Under the pieces are notes generated by a model. It saw nothing but the letters and a program-made list of their open reading frames with translations, ran no database searches and was not told the origin of the DNA. A stretch of DNA of 64,000 bases, taken from contig NC_057719.1 in the NCBI RefSeq assembly GCF_004010195.1, positions 84,859,012 to 84,923,011 on the forward strand, read 5' to 3'. The number at the start of each line of letters is the position of its first letter. Position 1 is the stretch's first letter. The stretch comes from Chiloscyllium plagiosum (Eukaryota). Made by a program: the position numbers and the translations under genes. Below, piece after piece: positions 38,075-50,767 of this stretch.

Positions 38075-39285
38075 GGTTTGCAGATGACACCAAAATTGGA
38101 GGTGTAGTGGACAGCGAAGAAGGTTACCTGAGAAGGCAATGGGATCTTGATCAGATGGGCCAATGCAGCAAGGAGTTTAATTTGGATAAATGTGAGGTGT
38201 TGCACTTTAGAAAGGCAAACCAGGACAAGACTTTATACACTGAATGATAAGTTTCTGGGGAATGTTGCTGAACAAAGAGACCTTGGAGTATAGGTACATA
38301 CTTCCTCTAAAATGGAGTCAAAGGTAGATAGGATAGTGAAGAAGGCAGTTGGTATGCTTGTCTTTATTGGTCAGGGCATTGAGTATAGGAGTTGGGAGGT
38401 CATGTTGCAGTTGTACAGAACATTAGTTAGGCCACTATTGGAATTTTGGGTGTAACTCTGGTTGCCCTTCTATAGGAAGAATGTTGTGAAACCTAAGAGT
38501 TCAGAAAAGATTTACAAGGATGTTGCCAGGGTTGGAAGGTTTGAGATATAGTGAGAGGCTGAATAGGCCGGGGCTATTTTTCCTGGAGCACTGGAAGCTG
38601 AGAAGTGACCTTATAGAGGTTTATAAAATCGTGAAGGGCATGGATAGGAGAAATAGACAATGTCTTTTCCCTGGGATAGGGTAGTCCAAAACTAGACGGC
38701 ATAGGTTTAAGGTGAGAGGGGACAGATTTAAAAGGGACCTGGGGGCAACCTTTTCACGCAGAGGGTGGTGCGTGTATGGAATGAGAAAGTCATGCAGTGA
38801 GTAGTGAAGAAAGGCTGTTTAAATTCTTGTGGTGTTCCCTCGGAGACCAGCCCAATAAACTGGAAGGCTCACCACAAGGGCAGGCAGCACCGTGAATGGG
38901 AAGATTTGTTTTTGTCTGACCATGAGGCTCCATTTTCTACAAATGATCGATTTCTCTTCTGAAGCCTGAAGACCTTCTGGGCATGATTGTACTCGTACTG
39001 GTACGTGGCTCAAGTGGAAGCTCATTTGTATGCAACTGCAGTTTTTGTGTTATTGGGCTAATCATAGAGTCATAGAGATGTACAGCACGGAAACAGACCC
39101 TTCGGTCCAACTCGTCCAATGCCGACCAGATATCCCAACCCAATGTAGTCCCACCTGCCAGCGCCTGGCCCATATCCCGCCAAACCCCTCCTATTCATAT
39201 ACCTCTCCAGGTGCCTTTTAAATGTTGCAATTGTACCAGCCTCCACCACATCCTCTGGCAGCTCATTCCATACACATACCACCCA
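38075..39285. mobile_element. CR1 fragments 38075-38785 (+) and 39060-39285 (-)
   Basis: FADDTKIGGVVDSEEG; WNELPEDVVEAGTIATFKRHL. Confidence 0.9.
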
Positions 39286-39465
39286 AAATGCATGGACGTT
39301 AGCACCTCAAGTTTTAACACAGTACAAGTAGATGAAATAGATAAATATAAAAGCAATATGTAAATCTTGAAATGGCAAAGACTTTAGTGAAAGCACAATC
39401 GAGATACTGTGTAGAGGTTGGACATCCATTAGGCAACAGAAATCGTACCGAACATATATATTCGG

Positions 39466-39656
39466 ATAAAGTGAGGACTGCAGATGCTGGCGATCAAAGC
39501 TGAAAAATGTGTTGCTGGAAAAGCGCAGCAGGTCAGGCAGCATCCAAGGAGCAGGAGAATTGACATTTCGGGCATAAGCCCTTCTTCATTCCTCGATTCT
39601 CCTGCTCCTTGGATGCTGCCTGACCTGCTGCGCTTTTCCAGCAACACATTTTCCAG
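39466..39656. mobile_element. Palindromic PLE-derived element with 13-bp TSD
   Basis: Inverted arms; TSD CATATATATTCGG at 39453-39465 and 39657-39669. Confidence 0.88.
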
Positions 39657-40019
39657 CATATATATTCGGGTGTCACCATAGATGAGCAACTATAGTTACT
39701 AATAGTATTGACTAAGCAGGGTTTCTTCTGCTAGAGCTGAGAAGTTTTAGGAGTGACTTGATAAAGATCTTCAACATTAACAAGGGTTACGATGGAATAG
39801 ATGGTAATGGATTGTTTCAACTGATTAAGAAGACAGTAAATAAAAGGGTATACGTTAAACACAATCATAAAAAGAATTGAAAGAAAAAGTTAGAACAAAG
39901 TTCTGGTTGAAAAATCAAATTCTCTCCTGTCCCTCATTGCTTAAGGACATAGCAAAGGTAATTAACTGGTCTCTGTTCAGCAATTGTATATTTCTAACAT
40001 GTCATTCAGTCATTTATTT

Positions 40020-40345
40020 TCAGTTCTGAGAAAAGTTATTGGACTTGAAACATTAACTCTGATTTCTCTTCACAGATGCTACCAGTCCTGCTGAGCTTCT
40101 CCAGCAACTTTTGTTTTTGATAGTCCTTTCTTTTAGTTCTTCCAATCGAATGTTGCAGGTCAATCCTTGCGTGTATCAGAATGGCTATTCATTGTTCCCA
40201 ATGTTCACACATTCCTGATGAAGAGCTTATGCCCAAAAAGTCAACTCTCCTGCTCCTCAGATGCTGCCTGACCTGCTGTGCTTTTCCAGTGCCACACTTT
40301 TTTCAATTCTGACTCTCCAACATCTGCAGTCCTCACTTTTTGCTT
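40020..40345 (+). mobile_element. Two single-arm PLE-derived units (40020-40120 and 40208-40345) with decayed hammerhead cores
   Basis: CTGAGAAAAGTTATTGGACTTGAAAC and CTGATGAAGAGCTTATGCCCAAAAAGTC. Confidence 0.75.
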
Positions 40346-41289
40346 CTCAAAGTTCAGACCAGCAAAGATAGTTTATGACTGGTGCTTTAGGTTCTTTCTA
40401 TGGCATGCTGCAATCAGCCTGTATAGAAGTATTCTGAATGGGCATATCTATCAAATTCATACATTTGGTTTGGCTTTCACCTGGCCAAGAGCAGTGGAAT
40501 CAGAAGACCACCTGCATTTGAAGATGGTTAAATGAAAAGTAAATCTGTGGCATCCTGTGATTAAGTGGTCAATCTATAGAGCAGCTTTCCTACAGAAGCA
40601 ACCAATAATGATTCATTTAAAAATAAAGATGACAGGTTTCCACCTTAGTATGTAAGCCATTTGATATATGACTGGTATAACACACTTGAGAGGAACAGTT
40701 AACTTTGAAGCTATGGTTTCTAACATTCTCCCAGCAGTGGGAGCTTCCTCGAATTGTGTCTAGTTTATTATAAGTTAATTGATAGAAATAAATGCCACAA
40801 TTAAAATACAACTCCATTATTAGTCCATCATACTGCTGCTACCAGGATGGTAAAAGTGAATTAGACAGACCATGTTCTTTTACGGTAATAAATGACAATG
40901 ATATTATTTACTCGTCCCTCAGCTCTCATCTGATTTCCTGATCACAGCAGGAATTTACCATGTCATGAGTTATAAACAAATCCAATTCTGTGCTTTATTA
41001 TTAAAGCAAATATTCCAGGGAACTACCTCCATTGATTCAGCTTTTTGAGGTAAGTAAATTAAAGTCACAAAATTAATGTTTTTTGGTTTTAATCCATATT
41101 GTATGATCCCGCTGGAAGAACAGATTTGTTTAAAAAAGTTCATCATCCAGATGTGGATAAAGTCAGAAACCTATTACCTTGGGAAGCTAGTACTGGGTCT
41201 TCTTTTTGAATCATTGGAACATGTGGTATAGGTCTCCAATTCCTATTTTGAAAGGTGCTGCTATTCTTTTTGGATTGATCCAACTGAAT

Positions 41290-41530
41290 TATTTGTTCAA
41301 CTACACAAAGGGCAGTTAAGAGTTAACCATGTTGTTATGAGACTGAAGTCACATGTACAATATGTAAGGATGACAGGTTTTCATTAAAGGACAACAGCGA
41401 TCCAGTTGAGTTATATTACAAGTTGCATTTCACTTTTAAGGAGACTGCCATTTTCTTTTATTTCCGGATTTTTAAAGTAAATACAAATTCTCAAAATACT
41501 ACTGCAAGATTTGAACTCACAATCTCGATG
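41290..41530 (-). mobile_element. SINE-like head of the family seen at 640
   Basis: GGGCAGTTAAGAGTTAACCAT...AGTCACATGTA...GATTTGAACTC; shorter head-plus-tail copy at 43305-43465. Confidence 0.6.
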
Positions 41531-41532
41531 TC

Positions 41533-42335
41533 TTTTATTGGTCAGAGTATTGAGTATAGGAGTTGGGAGGTTATGTTGCGGCTGTAGAATGTTGGTTAGG
41601 CCACTTATGGAATATTCCATGAATTCTGGTCTCCTTCCTATCGGAAGGATGTTGTGAAACTTGAAAGGGTTCAGAAAAGATTTACAAGGATGTTGCCAGG
41701 GTTGGAGAATTGGAGCTATAGGGAGAGGTTGAATCGGCTAGGGCTGTTTTCCCTGGAGCGTCGGAGGCTGAGGGGTGACCTTATAGAGGTTTACAAAATC
41801 ATGAGGGGCATGGATAGGATAAATAGACAAGTATTTTCCCTGGGTTGGGGGAGTTCAGAACTAGAGGGCATAGGTTTAGGATGAGAGGGGAAAGATATAA
41901 AAGAGACCTAAGAGGCAACTTTTTCATGCAGAGGGTGGTATGTGTATGGAATGAGCTGCCAGAGGAAGTGGTGGAGGTTGGTACAATTGCAACATTTAAA
42001 AGGCATTTGGATGTGTATATGAATAGGAAGGGTTTGAAGAGGAATGGGCCAGGTGCTGGCAGGTGGGACTAGATTGGGCTGGGATATCTGGTCGGTAAGG
42101 ATGAGTTGGACCAAAGGGTCAGTTTCAATACTGTACATCTCTATGACTCCTTCATTTTCAAGTTCTGAAATGACTCAAAGCGGTACTTTTGGAGTGACTG
42201 TGATTCTATTTGTTATTATAGTGTTATAGAGATGTACTGCTTGGAAAGAGACCCTTCTGTTCAACTTGTCCATGCCGACCAGATATCCTACATTAATCTA
42301 GTTTCATTTGTCAGCACTTGGTCTATATCCCCCTA
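41533..42335. mobile_element. CR1 3' fragments 41533-42150 (+) and 42220-42335 (-)
   Basis: KLERVQKRFTRMLPGL..RRLRGDLIEVYKIMRG. Confidence 0.92.
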
Positions 42336-43474
42336 CACGTCTTCAAGTGTAACTTCATTATCATTATGCCCTGCTCATCACTACACTACCTGTTGTCATC
42401 GTTAAGTTAGTCAGTGTGACACACACTACAAACTCTGTACCCCATGAATCTCTTCTAATTCTTGCTCTATAGTCAAAGCTAATGGAAAATGATCTAACTT
42501 GACCATTACTTCTTTCGTACTTCAATGGCCCAGTTACAAAATCTGTCATGTATTTATCTGCCCAGTGTTTCAGAGTCCCTGAATTGCAGTCCTTGGGTTC
42601 CTGTCAGTTTCTAAACACTTCAATGTCAAGCTTAACTAAAGCAAGAAAAACAGGGTGGCCTTAACTGTACCTGTGTCAGGACGTGTGGTTTAAATAAAGT
42701 GTTGATCTCTCTGTTTTCATGCAGCTGTTTCCACACTCTGCTAGACTTCTGACGAATTTCAATTTTGACCACTTCATCATAGCTATTCACAACTTTTCAT
42801 CAAGTCACCTCTCAGTCTCTTTTACCCGGAGTCTACAGCAAGCAGGAACTAGAAAACAAATCAGAATCAGAGTCAGTATAACAAATCAAAGCACATGTGC
42901 TGTCATAAGTATTTAAGTATGTTTTTGTCAATTAAACCCGATGAAGGGATTTCCCAGGATTCGTGTAACCTTTGAATAACCCATGTTCCTGGACCCCAAG
43001 TTCCTCTGATAAACTTTAACAGGTTAAGATCTTCTACTTTTCCAAATTCTTTCCTCTGAAGTGTGTTACATAACCACTTCCTGTGCCAAACTGTATCTGC
43101 CACTCATTCGCCCAGTTTTCTAACCAGTGTCCTCTGTGCATCTTGCATAATCTTCACCATAATTTGCAACCCTTTCACTATCATGCCTTCTCAAGGCCCA
43201 TCCAACCACACCTTTCTGTTACCATACTGCAGGTAATTTCCTTTCAATTATGCCTATTGTGTTCTTTTGTTTACCATCATAAATTGGTTTACTCAAGTCC
43301 TAATTTTTTTTTCATTCACGGGATGAGAGTATCGCTGGATGGGTCAGCATTTATTGCCCATCCCTAATTGCCCAGATGGCAATTAAGAGTTAACCACATT
43401 GCTGTGGGTCTGGAGTCACATGTTGGCCCCACCACCTTCCCCAAAGGATATCAGTGAACCAGTTTACTGCCCTG

Positions 43475-45140
43475 AGAAATGCCCTTCAGCCCATTGAATC
43501 CATTCTGTTCTTCAAGCAGCTTAAATCCAATTTCTTAAATCTTAATTTAATTTAATTTAATTTTAATTTAATCTTAATTTAATTCTTAAATCCAATTTCC
43601 CAGCACTTGGCCCACGGCCTTGCCAGCTATGCATTTTAAAAGTTCATCTAAATATTTCTTAAATGTTCTTTAATGGTTCCTGCCTCAACCTCAATAAATT
43701 CCATATAGTCACCATCCTCTGTTTGAAAAATATTCTCCTTAAATCTTCTCTAAACCACCTATCATTTACCTTAAATCTATGCCCCATGGTTATTGACCGC
43801 TCTACTAAGGGGAAATATTTATTCCTATTGACCCTATCTATACCAGTTACAATTGTATGGACCTCAATCAGAACCCTCTTCAGCCTTCCAAGGAGAAAAC
43901 ACCTCCCCTATGCAGTCACTTTTCATAACTGAAATGCTCCAGCCCAGGTAGTACTCAGGTGACTCTCACCTGTACCCTCTTCAATGCAATTACATTCTTC
44001 CTATAGTGTGGTGACCAGAACTGAACATGTTACTCCAGCTGCAGCTGAATCAACATCCTATGCAACTCAGTTGCAACTTCCCAGCTCTTGTATTCACTGC
44101 CTCAAGAAATAAATGTAAATATCCCATAGGCCTTCTTATTCCCCTGTCCTATTACCTTCAAGGAGCTATGTATAAATGCATACCAAGAGTTCTGCTGATT
44201 GTTAGAACAGCCAAGGGTTTACCATTCCTTGTAGATACATTTATCTTATCTACTCTGATTTGAAGGCTTTTTTTTTGCATTTAAAGTAAGGCCACATTTG
44301 GTAACATCATAAACTATATTATTTTTAATTCACCATAATTTAATTTCCCCTGTCATCCTTGAGACTTCAGCATGATAAGTGTTTGGAATTGTTTTTATTC
44401 ACAGAATTTATATTATGCATATTCTCCATGGACAGAATTTTTCTGGATAATAAATCCTACTTAAATTAGCAGAATTTGCTGTAGTTTTTGTTGCAGCAGG
44501 CTTGGAGTTTACTGCTTTGAGTGATCTATCGTTTTAATTCCCGGTGTCCTCCTTTTTCAGTTCACTCATTTATTCCAACCACACAGATAATGGAAAGTTT
44601 CTGGATCCTTCAGTGTGCTTCAGTGTAAGAATTTGTTCCTTTCTCACGATCTAGTTGCACTTGTACAGTGGAAATGCCGACTTAAGATACACAATCACTC
44701 AAAGTCACGCTACGCATTCTGAAAGAAGGCAGTGGAGAAAATTCCTGTTACCAAGCTGACAAACATCACCCTGAGTCATCAACAGCTCTTAAAGCAGTCA
44801 CCCAGAAAGCAATGCAGAGTAGAAAATACCAGCAGCTAACGCAAGTTTGCATCTGACCGATTGACATCTACAATTAGTTTTATGTCAATTCAGGCAGAGG
44901 CAGGCCATTCAGTCCAACAGGTCTGAGCTGGTGTTTATGCTCCAACAAATTTCTTCACATCATCCTTATCTAACTATATTAGTATATCATTCTATTGCTT
45001 TCTCTTTTATGGCCTCCCTTAGATACTTAAATATTATTCATCTCAATTATTATGTTTGGTAGCAAATTGCACATTCTCATATCCTGTAGGTGAAGAAGTT
45101 TCTCCTGAATTCCCTATTGGATTAATGAGTAACTATTGCT
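43475..45140 (-). mobile_element. Old CR1 3' fragments (43475-44250 and 44880-45140)
   Basis: CR1 3' UTR and GTGGTGACCAGAACTG motif; (TAATT)n expansion at 43535-43585. Confidence 0.75.
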
Positions 45141-45146
45141 TATCAA

Positions 45147-45379
45147 TGTTAGTGATTATAATGAGGTCAGCCATCTGAACCTCATGGACTATGAGTTCCC
45201 TGATTGGGGCTGTTAATCTTGTCCAAACAGGAAGCCCTGGCTGACAGGTGAAAAGAGTGACAGAGATTCTGACACTCTGGATGCTGACTCTGATGAGGCT
45301 GCACTGGAGTCAAGAACTTTTCACCTGTTAATAAAGGGTGACTTGGTGACGGGATAACGGCTTCTGAGGAGTTATTTCA
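45147..45379 (+). mobile_element. Solo LTR (233 bp)
   Basis: TG...CA termini (TGTTA / ATTTCA), AATAAA at ~45330; no TSD visible. Confidence 0.65.
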
Positions 45380-45419
45380 GATAATCCCTAATTTTGGTCT
45401 CCCAATAGTTGGAAACATA

Positions 45420-46430
45420 AAATAAAGTTAGGAAATGTGAATCTACGACAGGATCTGGCTGTCCTTGTACAATTAAATTAATGAGGTCAATGAAAGTAAA
45501 CGGACAGGTGTAAGCAAGCCGAGTCAAAAGGTGTGGCACTGGAAAAGTACGGCAGGTCAGGCAGCATCCAAGGAGCAGGAGAGTCGACGTTTCAGGCAGA
45601 AGCCCTTCATGGTATGTTGGCTTTCATTGCAAAATGATTTGAGTTCAGAAGGAGGGATGTCTTGCTGCAATTATACAAGAGTTTGGTAAGACTCCACTTG
45701 GAGTAACATTCCCTCTAAGCCATTCTAAAGTTTTGCGCACGTTGGTGGCATTGATTTACTGATCGTGGCCTTGACTCACAGTTCCAGAAGTCATTGCGTT
45801 GAATGTACTTAGAGGTATGTGCATGAAGGTAAAAATCAAGTAATTGAGAAGAGGAACGTTGGTCTTCAATGAAGGGGGTTGATGGAGTAAAAAAGTAGAG
45901 AAATTTTGCTACAAATGTAAAGGAGCAATCATGAGACCACATCTGGAGTGCAGTTCTGGTCTACATAATTAAGGAGAGATATAATTGTATTGGAAGTAGT
46001 TCAGGGAAGGTTCATTAGGCTGATTTCTGGGATTAAAGAATTGTCTCATGAGGAAAGATTGAGCAAGTTTGGCCATTGGATTTGACATGAGGGGGTTTGG
46101 CAGGTTAGATATTGTAAGAATATTTTCCTTTCAGATCTAGGGGATACAGTTTCTAAATTATGCTTAAAATGTAGATAAGTTGGAGTTTCTTCTCTCAAAA
46201 CATCTTTGGCATTAAGAATTCTCTTCCCTAGCAAGCAGTGGAGGTTGAATCACTGGATCCATTCAAGGCTGAGTTAGACAGACTCTTGATTGACAAAGGA
46301 ATTGAGGGTTATAAGCAAAGACAGGAAAGAGGAGATCCAAGAGATCAGCTATGATCTTATTAACTGACATGACCAAGGGTATGATAAAGAGTCCAATTGG
46401 CCTACTCCTGCTCCTACTGTTTATGCTTTT
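45420..46430 (+). mobile_element. CR1 fragments, with a PLE-derived unit inserted at 45518-45610 (-)
   Basis: GMLAFIAK, LVRLHLE, 3' UTR; insert reads minus ATGAAGGGCTTCTGCCTGAAACGTC. Confidence 0.8.
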
Positions 46431-46559
46431 ACTCCTTACATCATAACATCTGAAATGCCACAAAGACCGAAGTGTACTTTCAGGCATTCTACAATTATCA
46501 CAGCTTCCTGTAGTCTGAATAGTATATGATCGTGATGAAATGGTCAGTTTCTGTGAGAG

Positions 46560-47985
46560 TGAAGAGGTCAATTCCAATCTTCATCAATTTCGTCTGGAAT
46601 GTTACAAATGGCTCTTTAGTTGCTTAGCTTGATTGTCATTACAAATACCACTGTAGCTGATGTGGTCCTTAATCTCATTGCTTGCATTTGCCCAGTAGAG
46701 GACATCCTTTCAGCACCACTTTCTGCAGCACTTGAAGAGTTACATCTGTTTGTGTAATTTGCTAACTTCAGTGCTGATGTGCCAGTCTATGGTATACAAT
46801 GATTGATTAGAATCATAATCTGATATCCCTTTAGCAACCATCTTATAGCCTTCCTCCTCTTCTCTGCAGCAAAACAATTACATACATAGTAGTTCAACTC
46901 CTTGCTGTTGAAGCAGTCCTTTCCCCATGCTTTGGCATTGATCTTTCTGCTGGCCCTTCTGTAGGTGGTCTGCCTTTTCTTCATTGCCTTGTGCTTTTAG
47001 GGCTTGAACTACCTCTCAACTGCCTCTCCCAACAATACTCTCTAGCTAATAATTAACTACCTCAGATCATCCACACAGGTCCAATAACTTTATCGAGAGT
47101 GAGGTTCTTTTCTTTTAATGGACAGGCTTTAATGAGATCGTACTTTAGTTGCCCAAACTCCCAAAATTCAGCTGGATGTCTCGCTGCAGTATTCTTTCTG
47201 TCTTTCTGAGCTGCATGTTAAATATGTAGCATTTATAAATAAGATTGGCACAGGGCTGCAAGGTCCCCAAAGTTTCATGCATCTTGCTTTCTCATCATTG
47301 GTGCAATACAGTTTATTGGGTTCCTTTCCCGTTGCTATTAATGGTGGTGCTACCCTGATTTGTTCAGGTATAGGTTGTTATAATACACATTTCATCAGCG
47401 TGAATTCACTGTAACACGACTGATGACTTGGAGATGCTGTTTCTACAGCAAACATTTAAGATATGCATTGATCATAACATGACTGCAGTGCCAACACTTT
47501 AAGCGCGATTTTTCTATTGCACAACAACGCACTTGTGTTATAGAAAAACTGACTGTACTTTTTCCACTCTGTGGCAATTTCATCATTCTGATGTTGAAAA
47601 ATTGCCAATTCAGTCTCACATCTCCCATTATCTCCACATTGGGGTAGGCACTGGAATATTCAAAGCTGTAATGTCTCACAAGCTGTCAATATCCTGTATA
47701 AGATTGCAGACCAAAATTTAATTATTCTGTTTTGATTTTACATCTGCTGGCTTTCTTACAGCTATAAAAATTCACTCAAACCCAGCTGCACAGATCTGAC
47801 ACCATGTTTCATGCAGAATGGTTTCGGCATTTAAAACGGTTATTTAATGTCATGAGTATGAAAATTCACAGTGTACTAGGGTATTTATTCAAATACTTTC
47901 TAGCAGACATGGTAATACCGAGGTCCTGAGGTCAAGTGTGCTTCCTGCTATCAGTAGCCTAGCTGAGGTCATGTACTTTAATACA
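46560..47985 (-). mobile_element. 5' part of a Gypsy element: short LTR (47805-47985), tRNA-Leu-type PBS, gag and protease fossil
   Basis: Minus ...AAACA|TGGTGTCAGA; IPVPTP/IMGDVRLNWQFF; EFGQLKYDLIK..EKNLTLDKVI; decayed knuckle AWGKDCFNSKELNYYVCNC. Confidence 0.7.
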
Positions 47986-48004
47986 GACACAAATTCAAAG
48001 CTCG

Positions 48005-48335
48005 AGACATGGAGTCATACAGCACAAAAACAGACCCTTCAGTGCCGAACAAATTTCCCAAGCTAAACCAGTCTCATGTGGCCCATATCCCCCTCAACCT
48101 TTCCTATTCATGTACCTATTCAAATGTCTTTTAAATGTTGTAACTATACCTGCATCTATTACTTCCTTTGGCAGTTCATTCCATGTATGAACCACACTCC
48201 GTATAAAAAAAAATTGCCCATCAGGTTCCCTTTTTACATCTTTTGCCTCTCACCTTCAAAATATGTCCCATAGTTTTGAACCCCTCCAACCTCAGGCATA
48301 GATTCATCTTATCTATGCCCCTCATGATTTTATAA
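48005..48335 (-). mobile_element. CR1 3' fragment
   Basis: YKIMRGIDK; CR1 3' UTR. Confidence 0.85.
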
Positions 48336-48466
48336 TTGGCCTTAGCTAACTTCCAAAGCTTGATCTCACTTGGGGACCTCTTGCTCGAAAGTGCCAGTTG
48401 TGGATATGAGAGAGTGTAAAAATGCAGAACAGTTGTGGTGTCCCCCATTGTGAAGGCCATTTGACA

Positions 48467-48578
48467 TGGAAATGTGTTGCTGGAAAAGCGCAGCAGGTCA
48501 GGCAGCATCTAGGGACACATTTCCAGCAACACATTTCCATCTCTGATCTCCAGCATCTGCAGACCTCACTTTCTCCTC
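48467..48578. mobile_element. Internally deleted palindromic PLE-derived element with 14-bp TSD
   Basis: TGGAAATGTGTTGCTGGAAA / TTTCCAGCAACACATTTCCA; TSD AAGGCCATTTGACA at 48453-48466 and 48579-48592. Confidence 0.88.
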
Positions 48579-50164
48579 AAGGCCATTTGACAATCAGCCA
48601 CGAAGAAAGAGCAATGGGATGACACAGTGGTCATCCGACAACCACACCCAGAATAGGTTTGAACACTCTGGGGTGAGAAGGCAGGAAGAAACTCTTCTGC
48701 AAAGGCACAGAATGAAATCTGTCCATGTACAAAGACTTGTTTTGACACAAGGAAAGCCAAGCAGAGAGAATAGTGAAGAAATGAGATGAAAGGGTTTAAG
48801 GAGGGGTTCCAGAGAGGAGAACCAAAGCACAAGCAGGAATAAGGGCTATATAGATAAAGTCCATTACACACAACCTGGATGTTTATAACCTGCTTTTTAC
48901 TCTGTATTCATCACTGCCCTTTGCTACTTTCTGGAGGACTTCAGTTGCTGTCCAGCACCTTATCATTGGTGGTTGGTCTGGGGTATTTGGGGACATTTAT
49001 TTTCTTTGTGGCTCAGTACAATGCTGCACTGAGCTATATATCACCTCCTTTTCTCTTTTTCTGTTCTGTTTGACATAATATTTTCACCACATGCCTCGAG
49101 CTAAAAGTAAAATACTGTGGATGTTGGAGATCTGGAATAAAACAGAATGTGCTGGAGAAACTCAGCAGGTCTGGCAGCGTCTGTGGAGGGAGAAACAAAA
49201 TTGATGTTTCAAGACCACGATGATTCTTTGGAATCAAAGAGAGGTGGAAAACTGATTGGAGTTTCATAAGCTTGACAAAGACTGGAGGAACGAGTGATAG
49301 GAAAGAGAAGATCAGGGAAGGTTAAAGGGCAAAGGTAAAACAAATAATAAAAGGTAAAGGGATTGATCATTGAGTTGAAACTCTATTGACTCATCGGTAC
49401 ACAGCAGGTGTTAAAAAGCAAGAATAAAGGTCAATTCAGCAAAAGCATGAGAACAAAATACTGACACTGGGGACAAAAAAAATTTCATTGAAAAGCAGGG
49501 TTTAAATTGTTTGAATGCAGTGTTGAGTCCAGAAAGTTAAGAGGAAAATGAGATACTGTTCATTTAGCTAGAGTTGGGCTTCACTGGAACACTGCAGCAG
49601 GCTGAGGGCAGGAATGTGAGCAGCAGAATAAGATAATGCATTAAAATAACAAGCAGCTGGAAGTTTGAGATCATGCATTGTGGGCTGAGTGGAGATGATC
49701 AGCAATATAGTCACCCAAACTGTGTTTAGTCTCCCTATTGAAGATGGGACTGCAGTGTGAGCAGTGCATAGAGAAGACTAGATTGAAAGAGGCACAAATA
49801 ACTCACTGTTTCACCTGGAAGGACATTTTGGGACTTAGATTGTGGGGAGGGAGGAGATAATAAGGATGGGTCTGTTACTCCTGTGTTTCATGAGGAGTTG
49901 TTGTGGGAGGGGGAATAACGTGATTGAAGCATTGGAAAAGTGGACCAAGGATTTGCAGAGGGATTGGTCCCTTCAGAATATTGACTGGGGGGGTGGGGGG
50001 GGCGCGGAGGGGAGATGTGTTTGATGGTGGCATCATACTGGAGGTGGCAGAAATATCGGAGGGTGATTCTTTGCATACAGAGGCTGGTGAGGTGGAAACT
50101 AAGAACAAAAGGATCCTTATCGTGGTTATGGAAGGTTGAGAGAGGGTTGATGGCAGAATCACAG

Positions 50165-50430
50165 GCAATTTTATTCATTTGTAGGTATAAACATCTCTGA
50201 TGAGGCCAATATTTGTTGCTCATCCTTAATTGTTCTTCAAAAGTGGTAATGAGTTGCCTTCTTCAACTTCTGTAGTCCATGGGTTGTAGGGACACCCCAC
50301 AGTGTTCTTAGGGAGAGTGTTCCAGGATTTTGATCTGGGAAGGGTGAAGCAATAATGATAATGTCATAAATCAGAATGGTGTGTGGCTTAGAAAGGAGCT
50401 TGTTGGCAATGGTGTCCCCATGTATATGAT
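50165..50430 (-). mobile_element. LINE 3' tail of the family seen at 59340-60080
   Basis: GGCCAATATTTGTTGCTCATCCTTAATTG...GAGTTGCCTTCTTCAAC. Confidence 0.7.
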
Positions 50431-50459
50431 GTTAATAAATAAATATAGTCATCATTTTA

Positions 50460-50767
50460 TGGTGGCACGGTAGCACAGTGGTTAGCACTGCTGCCTCACA
50501 GCGCCAGAGACCCAGGTTCAACTTCTGCCTCAGGCGACTGTCTGTGTGGAGTTTGCACGTTCTCCCCGTGTCTGCGTTGGTTTCCTCCGGGTGCTCCGAT
50601 TTCCTCCCACAGTTCAAAGATGTGCAGGTCAGGTGTATTGGCCATGTTAAATTGCCCGTAGTGTTAGGTGAAGGGGTAAATGTAGGCGTATGGGTGGGTT
50701 GCGCTTTGGCGGGTTGCTGTGGACCTGTTGCCCAAGGGCCTGTTTCCACACTGTAAGTAATCTAAGT
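50460..50767 (+). mobile_element. HE1 SINE, full length
   Basis: GGTGGCACGGTAGCACAGTGGTTAGCACTGC head; GTAATCTAA tail. Confidence 0.92.

Noticed and set aside
45290-45315. CTGATGAGGC in the solo LTR as a hammerhead
   Set aside because: No stem II followed by GAAA
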